Shown here: one piece after another, positions 27,740 to 36,979 of the stretch
Numbering within the stretch: position 1 is the stretch's first letter
How the letters are laid out: each line of letters starts with the position of its first letter
Origin: Thermodesulfobacteriota bacterium
GTDB lineage: Bacteria; Desulfobacterota; DSM-4660; Desulfatiglandales; B25-G16
Reading direction: 5' to 3'
Assembly (NCBI GenBank): GCA_034718555.1
Contig: JAYEMW010000253.1
Span: 1-55,177, forward strand
DNA length: 55,177 nucleotides
The notes under the pieces: model-generated
Seen by the model: only the letters and a program-made list of their open reading frames with translations
Database searches by the model: none
What the model was told of the DNA's origin: nothing
Program-made: the position numbers and the translations under genes

Positions 27740-28657
27740 ATGACTCAGGCAACATCGAACAATAAATTTGATTCCGGATTAGGGCTGGATGTAGTCTTTC
27801 CAACTCCAGGCCAGATAATGCGCCGGCGGATGATGAGCCACAAGGGTTTTATAATAGGTGGCATAATGGTCCTGCTAATTTTCTTAATGGCTGTTTTTGC
27901 CCCGGCCATTGCCCCCCATGACCCATTTCACCAGGATTTGTCCTTAAGAATGATTCCACCTGTCTGGAATGAGAAAGGAACGTGGAATTATCCCCTCGGC
28001 ACTGATAACCTTGGCAGAGATTACCTTTCGCGGCTGGTTTATGGGTGCCGCATTTCTCTTGTAATTGGTTTTTCATGCATGATGATCGCAGCAGTTATTG
28101 GGGCAATGCTTGGATTAACAGCCGGCTATTTTGGGGGCAAGTTAGATATGATTGTAAGTTTTATCATCACTGTTCGGCTTGCCTTGCCTGCGGTTCTTGT
28201 TGCTATAGCGGTAGTTGCGCTCATTGGCGGGTCTATGAAGATAGTTATCCTTGTCCTTGGATGCCTAATATGGGATAGGTTTGCCGTAATCTTGCGCGCC
28301 ACCACAAAGCAGATAAGGGCAATAGATTATGTCCAGGCAGCCCAGGCAGCCGGTTGCTCTGTCTTAAGGGTAATCGTGATGGAAATTATGCCAAATCTAT
28401 TTAACAGCATTGTTATTGTGGCAACACTTGAAATCGGCAGGGCCATTCTCCTTGAGGCGGCCCTTTCTTTTCTCGGTATGGGTGTCCAGCCCCCAACGCC
28501 CTCATGGGGCCTTATGATTTCAGAGGGCAAAGACATGATGCTTTTTAATCCTTACCTTGTTACCATTCCAGGGGCAGCTCTTTTTATCCTTGTGCTTGGC
28601 ATGAATCTGTTTGGAGATGGTTTGCGTGATGTCACTGCCCCGGAGGGCCGATCATGA
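27740..28657 (+). CDS. ABC transporter permease (DppC-like)
   Basis: Six-TM permease with the PLGTDNLGRDYLSRLVYG motif typical of DppC/OppC. Confidence 0.8.
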   Translation: MTQATSNNKFDSGLGLDVVFPTPGQIMRRRMMSHKGFIIGGIMVLLIFLMAVFAPAIAPHDPFHQDLSLRMIPPVWNEKGTWNYPLGTDNLGRDYLSRLVYGCRISLVIGFSCMMIAAVIGAMLGLTAGYFGGKLDMIVSFIITVRLALPAVLVAIAVVALIGGSMKIVILVLGCLIWDRFAVILRATTKQIRAIDYVQAAQAAGCSVLRVIVMEIMPNLFNSIVIVATLEIGRAILLEAALSFLGMGVQPPTPSWGLMISEGKDMMLFNPYLVTIPGAALFILVLGMNLFGDGLRDVTAPEGRS

Positions 28658-29673
28658 CAACTCTTCTTAAAGTACAGGGGTTAAACGTTGATCTGCACCT
28701 GCCTGCAGGTACTCTCCATGCAGTCAGAGATGTAAGTTTTAATGTGCAAGAAGGAGAAACGCTTAGCCTTGTCGGCGAATCAGGCTGTGGCAAATCAATG
28801 ACGGCATTAGCTGTTATGGATCTTCTTCCAAAGGGGGCGACTCGCAGCGCCGCAGTGTTGAAATTTGGGGATCAGGACCTGATGTCAGCCGATGAAAATG
28901 CCATGGCGAATATCCGAGGGAGTGGCATGGCAATGATTTTCCAGGAGCCCATGACCTCTTTAGACCCTTGTTATACCGTTGGCAATCAGCTTGTGGAGGC
29001 CATCAGGGAACACCAGAACGTCACATCGAAGAAGGCAAGAGAAAGAGCTGTTTTTCTACTTGAAAAAGTTGGAATCACCGGCTCTTCCTCACGACTGAAG
29101 CAGTACCCCCACCAGCTCTCCGGCGGCCTTCGCCAGAGAATAATGATTGCTATGGGGCTTATGTGCGGGCCGTCACTCATAATCGCCGATGAACCAACAA
29201 CCGCCCTTGATGTTACCATTCAGGCCCAGATACTGGCCCTGCTGAAATCAATACAGAGTGAATTCAACATGGGTCTTATACTTATTACCCATGATCTGGG
29301 TGTGGTTGCAAGGATGGCGGACCGTGTTGCAGTAATGTATTGCGGGCAAATAGTGGAAACAGGAGATATACGGGAGATTTTCGAAAACCCCTTACACCCG
29401 TACACCAAGGGGCTGATGGAATGCATCCCCATTCCGGGCAAAACAAAACCAGGCCAGGAGCTGGGATCGATTCCCGGTATTGTGCCTACCCCAATCGGTG
29501 ACTTATGGGGCTGTTCTTTCCGTAACCGGTGCAATTTATCAGAGCCAAGGTGCGCCGATAAAGATATGACTCTCACTGAGATATGGCCAGGCAGGGCATA
29601 CCGCTGTGTAACAGCCTTCAATAAAGTTGAGCCACTTTCCGAGGAGGAATTGGTATGCCCGAAGATGTATTAA
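28654..29673 (+). CDS. ABC transporter ATP-binding protein (DppD-like)
   Basis: Walker A GESGCGKS, signature LSGGLRQR, Walker B IIADEPTTALD, and the oligopeptide-type C-terminal extension. Confidence 0.85.
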   Translation: MTTLLKVQGLNVDLHLPAGTLHAVRDVSFNVQEGETLSLVGESGCGKSMTALAVMDLLPKGATRSAAVLKFGDQDLMSADENAMANIRGSGMAMIFQEPMTSLDPCYTVGNQLVEAIREHQNVTSKKARERAVFLLEKVGITGSSSRLKQYPHQLSGGLRQRIMIAMGLMCGPSLIIADEPTTALDVTIQAQILALLKSIQSEFNMGLILITHDLGVVARMADRVAVMYCGQIVETGDIREIFENPLHPYTKGLMECIPIPGKTKPGQELGSIPGIVPTPIGDLWGCSFRNRCNLSEPRCADKDMTLTEIWPGRAYRCVTAFNKVEPLSEEELVCPKMY

Positions 29674-30614
29674 AAATTGGTGATGTCACAAAAACCTACA
29701 CAGTTAGCGCGGGGGTATTCCTCGGAAAGAAACCACTTCATGCTGTAAACGGAGTAACCTTGAGCATTCCTAAAGGATCTGTTCTGGCATTGGTTGGTGA
29801 ATCCGGATGCGGCAAAACAACAATAGCCAAGATGGCCCTGGGGCTTGAGAAGATTACGAGCGGAGAGATTTATATTGGGGGTAAGGTAATTTCGGCACTG
29901 GGGTCTAAAGGTATTGCCAAAAGAATACAACCGGTTTTTCAGGACCCATATTCGTCTTTAAATCCCCGCAAATCTATATCCAGGATTATATCACTGCCTT
30001 TGAGGGCCTTAGGTGTAGCAGGCAACAAAAAAGAGCTTGAGGGACTAATTGATGAAACAATGGAGACAGTTGGCTTGCCTCCCCATTTAAAATACAATTA
30101 CCCAAACCAGCTTTCCGGGGGTCAACGTCAGAGGGTAGCAGTAGCCCGCGCCATTATCATGAGACCTGATGTGATATTATTGGATGAACCCACCTCAGCC
30201 CTTGATATGTCTGTGCAGGCTCAAATATTGAATATGCTCATGGAGCTTAGACGGGAGTTGAGCCTGACATATGTTCTCATCAGCCATGATCTGGCTGTTG
30301 TTGAGCATATGGCTACAAAGGTTGCAGTCATGTACCTTGGAAGGATTGTGGAGGAGGCGGAAACAGAAACTCTTTTTACAAAGCCTCGCCATCCCTATAC
30401 CCAGGCCCTGATGGAATCGGTGCTTACGCCTGATCCCAAGCTTGGACTGCCTGAAACTCACCTTGGGATTGCTTACCCTAACCCCATAGACCCGCCTTCC
30501 GGCTGCACATTTCATCCACGGTGTCGCTATGCAAAAGAAATATGCCGTTCTGCTGTCCCTGAACTTACACGTGACGGGGACCGCCTTATCGCCTGCCATT
30601 ATCCATTATCTTAA
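29655..30614 (+). CDS. ABC transporter ATP-binding protein (DppF-like)
   Basis: Walker A GESGCGKT, signature LSGGQRQR, Walker B LLDEPTSALD. Confidence 0.85.
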   Translation: MPEDVLKIGDVTKTYTVSAGVFLGKKPLHAVNGVTLSIPKGSVLALVGESGCGKTTIAKMALGLEKITSGEIYIGGKVISALGSKGIAKRIQPVFQDPYSSLNPRKSISRIISLPLRALGVAGNKKELEGLIDETMETVGLPPHLKYNYPNQLSGGQRQRVAVARAIIMRPDVILLDEPTSALDMSVQAQILNMLMELRRELSLTYVLISHDLAVVEHMATKVAVMYLGRIVEEAETETLFTKPRHPYTQALMESVLTPDPKLGLPETHLGIAYPNPIDPPSGCTFHPRCRYAKEICRSAVPELTRDGDRLIACHYPLS

Positions 30615-30653
30615 ATAAATGCCAAGCCCAGAAAAGAAAGGTTCACTGATATA

Positions 30654-32060
30654 ATGAGAAAAGAAATTAGTCGAGAAACAGCTATTGCAAAGGCTGAAAA
30701 ATATTTTGATAATGGATTTTTCTTTAAGGATCTCGCCCGCCGCGTTGCTTACCCAACGGAAAGCCAGAACAAAGACCGTGTTTCCGAATTAAGAGATTAT
30801 TTGGAAAAAGAAATATGGCCCTATCTGGAGAAAATGGGGTTTACCTGCCGAATTGTTGAAAACCCAATAATAGATCGCATACCTTCCCTGATAGCTCAAC
30901 GGGTAGAGGACGAAACCCTTCCCACTGTTCTCACATACGGCCATGGCGATACGGTTTGGGGAATGGAAAGCGCCTGGAGGCCAGGATTAGAGCCGTGGCG
31001 TTTGGCTAAAGAAGGCGATCGATGGTACGGCCGAGGCGCAGCAGATAATAAAGGTCAGCACACCATTAATCTTGCTGCGTTGAATTTACTATTGAGGGAA
31101 CGGGGAGAGTTAGGCTTCAACGTCAAGATACTAATCGAGATGGGCGAGGAAATGGGCTCTCCCGGACTGCATGAAATTTGCGCCCAGGAGAAGGATGCAT
31201 TAATGGCCGACGTTCTTATTGCCTCGGACGGCCCCCGTATTAATCCTGATAAACCAACCGTATTTGGAGGAAGCAGGGGTGTGTTCAATTTTGACATAAG
31301 CCTTAAGCTCCGTGAGGGAGAGCACCATTCAGGCAACTGGGGAGGCCTGTTGGCAAATCCTGGAATAATCCTGGCCCATGCCATTAGTTCGATGGTGGAT
31401 TCCCGGGGACGGATTCTAATAGAAGGGCTTAGACCGGATGGTATTCCTGAACCGATTCAAAAGGCCTTGGCAGAGTTAGAGGTGACCGGAGCCCAAGGAC
31501 CCGATATAGACGTCGATTGGGGAGAGCCCGGGTTGAGCCTGGCGGAGAAGGTTTATGGATGGAACACCCTTGATGTTTTAGCCTTTGAGTGCGGAAATCC
31601 AGCCAACCCTGTTCATGCCATACCGTCCAGCGCCTGGGCCAGATGCCATATTAGATATGTAGCAGGTAGCCATCCCCAGGGCTTCATTGCGGCAGTGAGG
31701 AAACATCTGGAAGAACATGGCCTTGAACAAATCCAGATAACAGAAATCGAGAACCAATATGGCATGGCCACCAGGCTATCTCCGGATAATCCATGGGTCA
31801 AATGGACAATCGGCTCCTTTGAGAAAACCACGGACAAGAAGACCGCCTTCCTTCCCAACCTCGGAGGGACTCTACCTAACGACGCCTTCACCGATATTTT
31901 AGGTTTACCAACCATCTGGGTGCCACATTCTTATGGAGGCTGTTCTCAACATGCCCCCAATGAACATCTTTTAGCCCCCATTGCTCGAGAAGGACTTCGG
32001 TTAATGACCGGGCTGTTTTGGGATTTGGCGGAAAATCCGCCGATTGATACAACGGATTAA
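30654..32060 (+). CDS. M20-family metallopeptidase (dipeptidase-like)
   Basis: YGHGDTV and GRGAADNKG metal-ligand motifs. 468 aa. Last gene after the ABC importer. Confidence 0.8.
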   Translation: MRKEISRETAIAKAEKYFDNGFFFKDLARRVAYPTESQNKDRVSELRDYLEKEIWPYLEKMGFTCRIVENPIIDRIPSLIAQRVEDETLPTVLTYGHGDTVWGMESAWRPGLEPWRLAKEGDRWYGRGAADNKGQHTINLAALNLLLRERGELGFNVKILIEMGEEMGSPGLHEICAQEKDALMADVLIASDGPRINPDKPTVFGGSRGVFNFDISLKLREGEHHSGNWGGLLANPGIILAHAISSMVDSRGRILIEGLRPDGIPEPIQKALAELEVTGAQGPDIDVDWGEPGLSLAEKVYGWNTLDVLAFECGNPANPVHAIPSSAWARCHIRYVAGSHPQGFIAAVRKHLEEHGLEQIQITEIENQYGMATRLSPDNPWVKWTIGSFEKTTDKKTAFLPNLGGTLPNDAFTDILGLPTIWVPHSYGGCSQHAPNEHLLAPIAREGLRLMTGLFWDLAENPPIDTTD

Positions 32061-32340
32061 AGATGGAATTGATTAGGCGTAAAATATGGGTCAAAAAAAA
32101 GTATTCAATCCTCTAATGGTTATGCGTCACACCTCTCAAAGACGCCTATTATAACCTTATGCGCTTTGCTTGGGGCAAGCTATAACTATTGAGATATTTA
32201 AACACTATCATCCATAGGTGTTTTGAATCCTTAAAAGGCTATTTTCAGGGGTTAAATTACCCCATAAGGAACATCTGGTTCACGAAACTTGTAGCTTTTT
32301 TTGCTTCTAATAATCCTCCAACCTTTTGCCTTGATCAAGA

Positions 32341-32370
32341 TTGACAAAGCCATCCTACATGATATATACT
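32341..32370 (+). promoter_or_regulatory. Sigma-70-like promoter plus AT-palindrome operator of vapBC
   Basis: TTGACA (32341-32346), then 17-18 nt, then ATATAC/TATACT (32364-32370). It overlaps the inverted repeat GATATATA...TATATATC. GGAGGA (32394-32399) precedes the ATG at 32406. Confidence 0.5.
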
Positions 32371-32405
32371 TTAATATATATCATCAAACTGTTGGAGGAT
32401 TTAAT

Positions 32406-32633
32406 ATGCAAACCGCCAAGATATTCATAAACGGCAGAAGCCAGGCCGTAAGGCTTCCCAAGGAATTCCGCTTCTCGGGGAATGATGTTTTTATTAAAAA
32501 AATAGGGAATATAGTTGTCCTTATTCCAAAAGATGATCCTTGGGCATCCCTGGCAAACAGTCTTGACCAATTCACCGATGACTATATGGAAGCCAGAGTT
32601 CAACCGCCACAGGATTCTCGGGAAACATTATGA
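32406..32633 (+). CDS. vapB: VapB antitoxin (AbrB/SpoVT fold)
   Basis: MQTAKIFINGRSQAVRLPKEFRF closely resembles enterobacterial VapB/MvpA. The ATG at 32406 with an RBS is preferred to the start at 32301. Confidence 0.85.
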   Translation: MQTAKIFINGRSQAVRLPKEFRFSGNDVFIKKIGNIVVLIPKDDPWASLANSLDQFTDDYMEARVQPPQDSRETL

Positions 32634-33034
32634 TAAAATACATGCTCGATACAAATATGTGCATCTATATTATCAAAAGGAAACCAATGGATGTAATCGA
32701 ACGGTTTAGGCAAACCCGGATTTCTCAAGTCGCTATCTCATCAATAACCTTGAGCGAACTTGAATATGGCGTTATAAAAAGCTCAAAACCAGGCCAGAAT
32801 CAATTCGCCTTAACCCAGTTTTTGGCTCCCATAGAAATATTGTCATATGGTGATGATGCCGCGAAACAATATGGCAGCCTCCGGGCCTTTTTAGAAAAAC
32901 AAGGCACCCCCATTGGCTCTCTTGACATGCTAATCGCTGCACATGCCCTTTCGATAGACTGCATTTTGGTTACCAACAACGAAAAAGAGTTTATTCGAAT
33001 ACCGAACTTGAAGATCGATAATTGGGTAAAATAG
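32630..33034 (+). CDS. vapC: VapC PIN-domain toxin (tRNA-fMet endonuclease type)
   Basis: MIKYMLDTNMCIYIIKRKP...SSITLSELEYG...DMLIAAHALS...LVTNNEKEF parallels Shigella/Salmonella VapC (MvpT) along its whole length. Confidence 0.85.
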   Translation: MIKYMLDTNMCIYIIKRKPMDVIERFRQTRISQVAISSITLSELEYGVIKSSKPGQNQFALTQFLAPIEILSYGDDAAKQYGSLRAFLEKQGTPIGSLDMLIAAHALSIDCILVTNNEKEFIRIPNLKIDNWVK

Positions 33035-33118
33035 CATTCCACTTTTTCTGTCATCCCAAGAGTTTTTGTGTTTTTTGGGGATCAAACCTCTCGCCATTGC
33101 CTAATGCAAAATTTGGGT

Positions 33119-33220
33119 TTAGGCTGGCTTGGAAGCGAGGTTGAGGGCGAGGTTGTGCTTTTTTATCTTTTTATACAAAAGGGTACGGTTAATGCCTAAT
33201 CTGTAAGCATTTTTCGAATT
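33119..33220 (-). pseudogene. Remnant: C-terminal Fis-type HTH of a sigma-54-dependent activator
   Basis: The minus-strand translation is NSKNAYRLGINRTLLYKKIKKHNLALNLASKPA*. The LGI(N/S)RxTLYKKxKK pattern is the HTH_8 tail of NtrC-type activators. No upstream AAA+ domain is present. Confidence 0.45.
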
Positions 33221-33287
33221 CGTATAAATCCTGTCCCATGTTTTTCAATGTCTCCCATCAGGTTGAATGATTCTGCAAATAACAAAT

Positions 33288-33565
33288 AACAGGTGACCTA
33301 CACATTTGACAAAGTTATTCGTATCTCTACTGAAATACTATAATTTTAAAGTTTTTCTTAGAGTTTAATCATTTCCGAAAGTCCTGCCAATCCTTAGGCC
33401 CAAGTTACTCCTGATTATCCTGCAATAAATCGTTTTTCTATTTTCCATATTTTCATTCAGCTACACCGCTGCTACAAATTCAATCTCACTTGCCATGCCG
33501 GTTTTGCTTCATTTTGTAAACCATAATTAATGTTCTTTTGTCAACTGTGTAGGTCTGACACTGTT
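33288..33565 (-). mobile_element. MITE family A, complete copy 2 (278 bp) with ~27-31-bp terminal inverted repeats
   Basis: AACAGGTGACCTACACATTTGACAAAG (33288-33314) faces CTTTTGTCAACTGTGTAGGTCTGACACTGTT (33535-33565). The interior aligns with copies at 1980-2138 and 4321-4425. Confidence 0.65.
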
Positions 33566-33566
33566 T

Positions 33567-33720
33567 TTTCCCTGTTTTTTCTTCCTGGGCGGTCCAGGAG
33601 CTTGGTATGTCGGTGACCGACGTGGGCTTGAAGCTGGGTTTGAGCCAATCAGCCGCCAGCAGAGCGGTTCAGCGGGGGCGAGACATTGCCGAAGAATCGG
33701 GGTTAATCTGGATGCCATAA
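33567..33720 (+). pseudogene. G+C-rich remnant encoding an HTH tail, truncated by the MITE
   Basis: Reads ...QELGMSVTDVGLKLGLSQSAASRAVQRGRDIAEESGLIWMP*. This is the same type of tail as the remnants at 531-638 and 3362-3469. The frame opens directly at the MITE end. Confidence 0.35.
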
Positions 33721-33934
33721 ACGCATAAACACATGGGCGTCCCCATTGTCTCATTGTCTTTACATTGTCTTTAAAGAGCGTCCCCCTTTATATCATTTTG
33801 TTTCTGATACGAAACTCTTGTTTGCATAGCATCAAAGCTATAGTCCATTAAACACAATATAGCCAACCTCCCAACGTATTTCTCACTTACAGGTGTGGAG
33901 CAATAGCGGAACACCGGTCAAGTGCAGAAAATGG

Positions 33935-34297
33935 TTATGCAAAGGAATGCTGATCTCTGGGAATTGGTTTCAGGCGATTAATCTTTGTTGCTTCAGGACT
34001 GTTCATTGCATGCCAAAGATCCCAATGCTGTTGCAAGCCCAGCCAGAAATCCGCGGACATACCCAAAACACGGGAAAGTCGCAATGCCGTATCCGGAGTT
34101 ACCGAACGTTTGCCTTTAATAATTTCGTTGAGGCGAGGGTAAGAAATGCCCAGGCAACGAGCGAGTTCTGCTTGTGTAAGGTCAAGCGGCTTGACGAATC
34201 CCTCGAAAAGCATCTCCCCAGGATGTGTCGGGGGGCGATTTCGAGGCAGACGCCTCCCAACATCAGTGGTAATCTGTGATTTCAATTTCGTAAGCAT
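33935..34297 (-). CDS. higA: HigA antitoxin (XRE-type HTH)
   Basis: ...HPGEMLFEGFVKPLDLTQAELARCLGISYPRLNEIIKGKRSVTPDTALRLSRVLGMSADFWLGLQ matches the HigA/VapI signature. The exact start is uncertain. Confidence 0.85.
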   Translation of the reverse strand: MLTKLKSQITTDVGRRLPRNRPPTHPGEMLFEGFVKPLDLTQAELARCLGISYPRLNEIIKGKRSVTPDTALRLSRVLGMSADFWLGLQQHWDLWHAMNSPEATKINRLKPIPRDQHSFA

Positions 34298-34556
34298 GGC
34301 CTTCCTCCCATGTAAAACAAATTCTATATTGTTGATTAATGCGGATACTGTATTGATTCTCCCGGTCGCCTTTCAATCGTTCCAAGCGATTCCCAGGAGG
34401 TACTTTAATTTCATTGATCTCCCGAACTCTGTTGATTTGATCCAGCTTCCGGCGAGCAACCGGCCAAATAGATTGAGGACAGCATCTTCGATCTGCTTGC
34501 GATGCCACACCATCAAAAATATCCTCTGTACCAACAGACTTAAAAGTTATTATCAT
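34263..34556 (-). CDS. higB: HigB toxin (RelE-fold, plasmid maintenance killer family)
   Basis: MIITFKSVGTEDIF...LDQINRV...PPGNRLERLKGDRENQYSIRINQQYRICF matches the HigB family. The toxin-first gene order is typical of higBA. Confidence 0.85.
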   Translation of the reverse strand: MIITFKSVGTEDIFDGVASQADRRCCPQSIWPVARRKLDQINRVREINEIKVPPGNRLERLKGDRENQYSIRINQQYRICFTWEEGHAYEIEITDYH

Positions 34557-34564
34557 GGGTCATA

Positions 34565-34585
34565 TTATAATGATGTCCATTATAG
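34565..34585. promoter_or_regulatory. Palindromic operator/-10 region upstream of higBA
   Basis: TTATAATG-ATGTC-CATTATAG (7/8 inverted repeat) lies immediately upstream of the higB ATG (34556). It contains TATAAT on the coding (minus) strand. Confidence 0.4.
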
Positions 34586-34821
34586 ATGTCGAGCTATTTA
34601 CAAAATATGCATAAGATCACCTGCTTTTTTGTAGCGCAGCGGAATAGAGGTCAGGAGGATTGACGGGTTAGGCAAATTACGATTTGATACAAATAGTTAA
34701 TTACTTAAGCCTGACCCCGTTTATGACCCCGTTTACTATCAACCAGTTTCCCTGTATATTAACAAATTATACCATGCATAATTGGGGCCAGGCCCTTGAA
34801 ATCTGCTTGAGAAATTATTGA

Positions 34822-34968
34822 CTAGGAGCCTGTCCGAGAATAGTAATTTTTTCTCAAATCAAGGAATGCAAAAAAAATTACCGCAGGTATATAGTTGATA
34901 TTCCGAGGATAATTTTTTTTGCATGACAAAGAGTTGAGGAAAAAGGGCATTCTCGGACAGGCTCCTAG
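34822..34968. mobile_element. 147-bp palindromic MITE (family C) with perfect 20-bp TIRs and a target-site duplication
   Basis: CTAGGAGCCTGTCCGAGAAT (34822-34841) is the exact reverse complement of 34949-34968, and the arms remain similar further in. It is flanked by ATTATTGA (34814-34821) and ATTATTGG (34969-34976). Confidence 0.75.
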
Positions 34969-34969
34969 A

Positions 34970-36937
34970 TTATTGGAGATCTTCCGCGCTTACGTAGCGG
35001 CCTATCAAGACCATTAATCGGGGGTCTGCTTCACGGCGATACTGTTCCACCAGCGCTTCTTTAGCCACTTCGCTTATGGCGGCGTTTTTTCCGAGATACT
35101 TGATGATAGCCGCCCGCGATTCCGCATTGCGCTCGAATGGAAGCCGTTCGCTCGCAATCCCCACTACCTCGCTGTTCGCTTCGCCGGATGGCTCCCTGCG
35201 CGCCATCATATCCAGAGCGTCATTGCGAACATCGGGATTACGGTCGTTGATGAAGGTATCTTCAAGCATGGCGTCGATTTCGTCGCTATCTATCTTCCTC
35301 GCCGCGTTAATCGCCATTTTGCGGATATATTCGGAATCATCGCCCAACCCTTCGCTTATTTCGTAAATAAAGCGCTCGTCGCCAACGTTGCCTATAGCCG
35401 CAAGGACTAACAATTTCTCCTCAGAAGTCTCGGCGTTTTGGAAGCGGAATTCCATCTCCTGTACAACTCTATCGGTTATCTCCGCCCTATCTTTGGCGTT
35501 TGCGTATCCAAGCACTCCCAGCGCAAGGAGGGATGTGTTGGAGAATTCCCCTTCGTCCCCCAAAGCGCCTGTGGAAGCATTGAAAAGCGCATCAAGCGAT
35601 CTTTGGGAAATATCTTCGACTTCCGATAGCGCGTGCGCCGCGCGGCCTCGGTTTAACGGGTTAAATCCCGCATCATCCAGAACGGTCAAAAGCGCATCCT
35701 CCGACTCTTTGGTGCCTGCGAGCTGAAGGGCAAGGAAAATGGTCGATTCCGCTTTTTTTTCAATCTCCCCGTTTCGCAATGCTTCTATAATCTCCGTCGC
35801 GGCTTCCGGCCGTTCACGCAAATAGACCGTAAGGTACCGGATGGAAGCGGCGGTATGTCCGGATTTCTTTGAAAACAAAATGGCCTGAAATTCCTTCAAC
35901 GCTTCGGGCAATTCCATTTTTGCAACGCCGGGTGGAGCCTGCATGTTTGCAAATCGGGTTTTCTTTTTTGGCGGTTTTTCGCCCGGCCTCAACCAGCGGT
36001 ACGCGCTGACAGCCGCCATGTTTATCGGCGGGAATACAGTGGAGATTGCCACTACCGAAAGCGTGGCCAAACTTTCAGCGAAGACGGAATCGCCCGCCGC
36101 AAGGCGCGTATGCTCCGTGCCCTCCAGCCGCTTAAACCATCCGCCGTCCGGGTCGAGAGCGCCTTTCATTTCCGATTGCATCACCCGCGCCGTTACTTTC
36201 ATATCGGGAGGCTGTTCGTAAACCTCCAGATACTCAAGCCGGTTCCGTGTTACAAGAGTGTCGCCCGCTTCAGACCTTACGGCTTTATACGAGGCAAGGC
36301 TCTTGCCCAAGGCGTCAATCTGTTCGGCCTCCCACTCCGTGCTACGCTCATCCGGCGGGAGAACCATTTCAAGCGTCTGGATAAGGCTCATCAAAAGGAC
36401 TGTATTTTCCCTGGAAGACGCCGGGTGGAACCCGAAACTATCGAAACTGCAATCATCCAGCATCCGGATAACAAACGGGTACGGAACTGGAATCGCCGCT
36501 TTTTCCGATTTCCCCTCCATTTTTGCTTCCATTTCAAAATCGGTAACCACCGCCTTTATTATCCACGCGCCGGAGGGGTCCTTGCCGTCGATCTGCCAGT
36601 GCATTTTGAGTTTGAAATCCTGATCGCCGCGCATGATCCGGCTTCCGAATAAGCTCATCCCTTTATCTTGCATAAAGCGTTCCGGGGCGGTGGCGGATTG
36701 CGAACTGCCGGTTATTTCAAAACTCCGCTTATACTCCGCGCTGAAATCGCACCGCAAGGGCGCCTTCAACCCCGCGCTTAAAGTTTTATCCTCTTTGGTT
36801 GCGGGGCCGGTTGTAAGGATAGCGGAGTTTTTGAAAAACACAAACAAACCGGCAACCACCACGGTCAACACGACCAATACTGCCGCGGCGGGAAGCCGGC
36901 CCTTCATCATCAGACTTTTCAAGGTGGACATAACCAT
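34970..36937 (-). CDS. Membrane-anchored protein with C-terminal HEAT/armadillo-like repeats (function unknown)
   Basis: N-terminal TM helix (LPAAAVLVVLTVVVAGLFVFF). The C-terminal third carries repeated ...R.AA..AL..., ...VLAAIGNVGDERF..., ...IRKMAINAARKID..., ...NPDVRNDALDMMARRE... helical repeats. G+C is visibly higher than in the flanks. Confidence 0.5.
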   Translation of the reverse strand: MVMSTLKSLMMKGRLPAAAVLVVLTVVVAGLFVFFKNSAILTTGPATKEDKTLSAGLKAPLRCDFSAEYKRSFEITGSSQSATAPERFMQDKGMSLFGSRIMRGDQDFKLKMHWQIDGKDPSGAWIIKAVVTDFEMEAKMEGKSEKAAIPVPYPFVIRMLDDCSFDSFGFHPASSRENTVLLMSLIQTLEMVLPPDERSTEWEAEQIDALGKSLASYKAVRSEAGDTLVTRNRLEYLEVYEQPPDMKVTARVMQSEMKGALDPDGGWFKRLEGTEHTRLAAGDSVFAESLATLSVVAISTVFPPINMAAVSAYRWLRPGEKPPKKKTRFANMQAPPGVAKMELPEALKEFQAILFSKKSGHTAASIRYLTVYLRERPEAATEIIEALRNGEIEKKAESTIFLALQLAGTKESEDALLTVLDDAGFNPLNRGRAAHALSEVEDISQRSLDALFNASTGALGDEGEFSNTSLLALGVLGYANAKDRAEITDRVVQEMEFRFQNAETSEEKLLVLAAIGNVGDERFIYEISEGLGDDSEYIRKMAINAARKIDSDEIDAMLEDTFINDRNPDVRNDALDMMARREPSGEANSEVVGIASERLPFERNAESRAAIIKYLGKNAAISEVAKEALVEQYRREADPRLMVLIGRYVSAEDLQ

Positions 36938-36979
36938 AAGATAAGATTGATTTAATTGGCTATTTGAACTGTTCTATTA

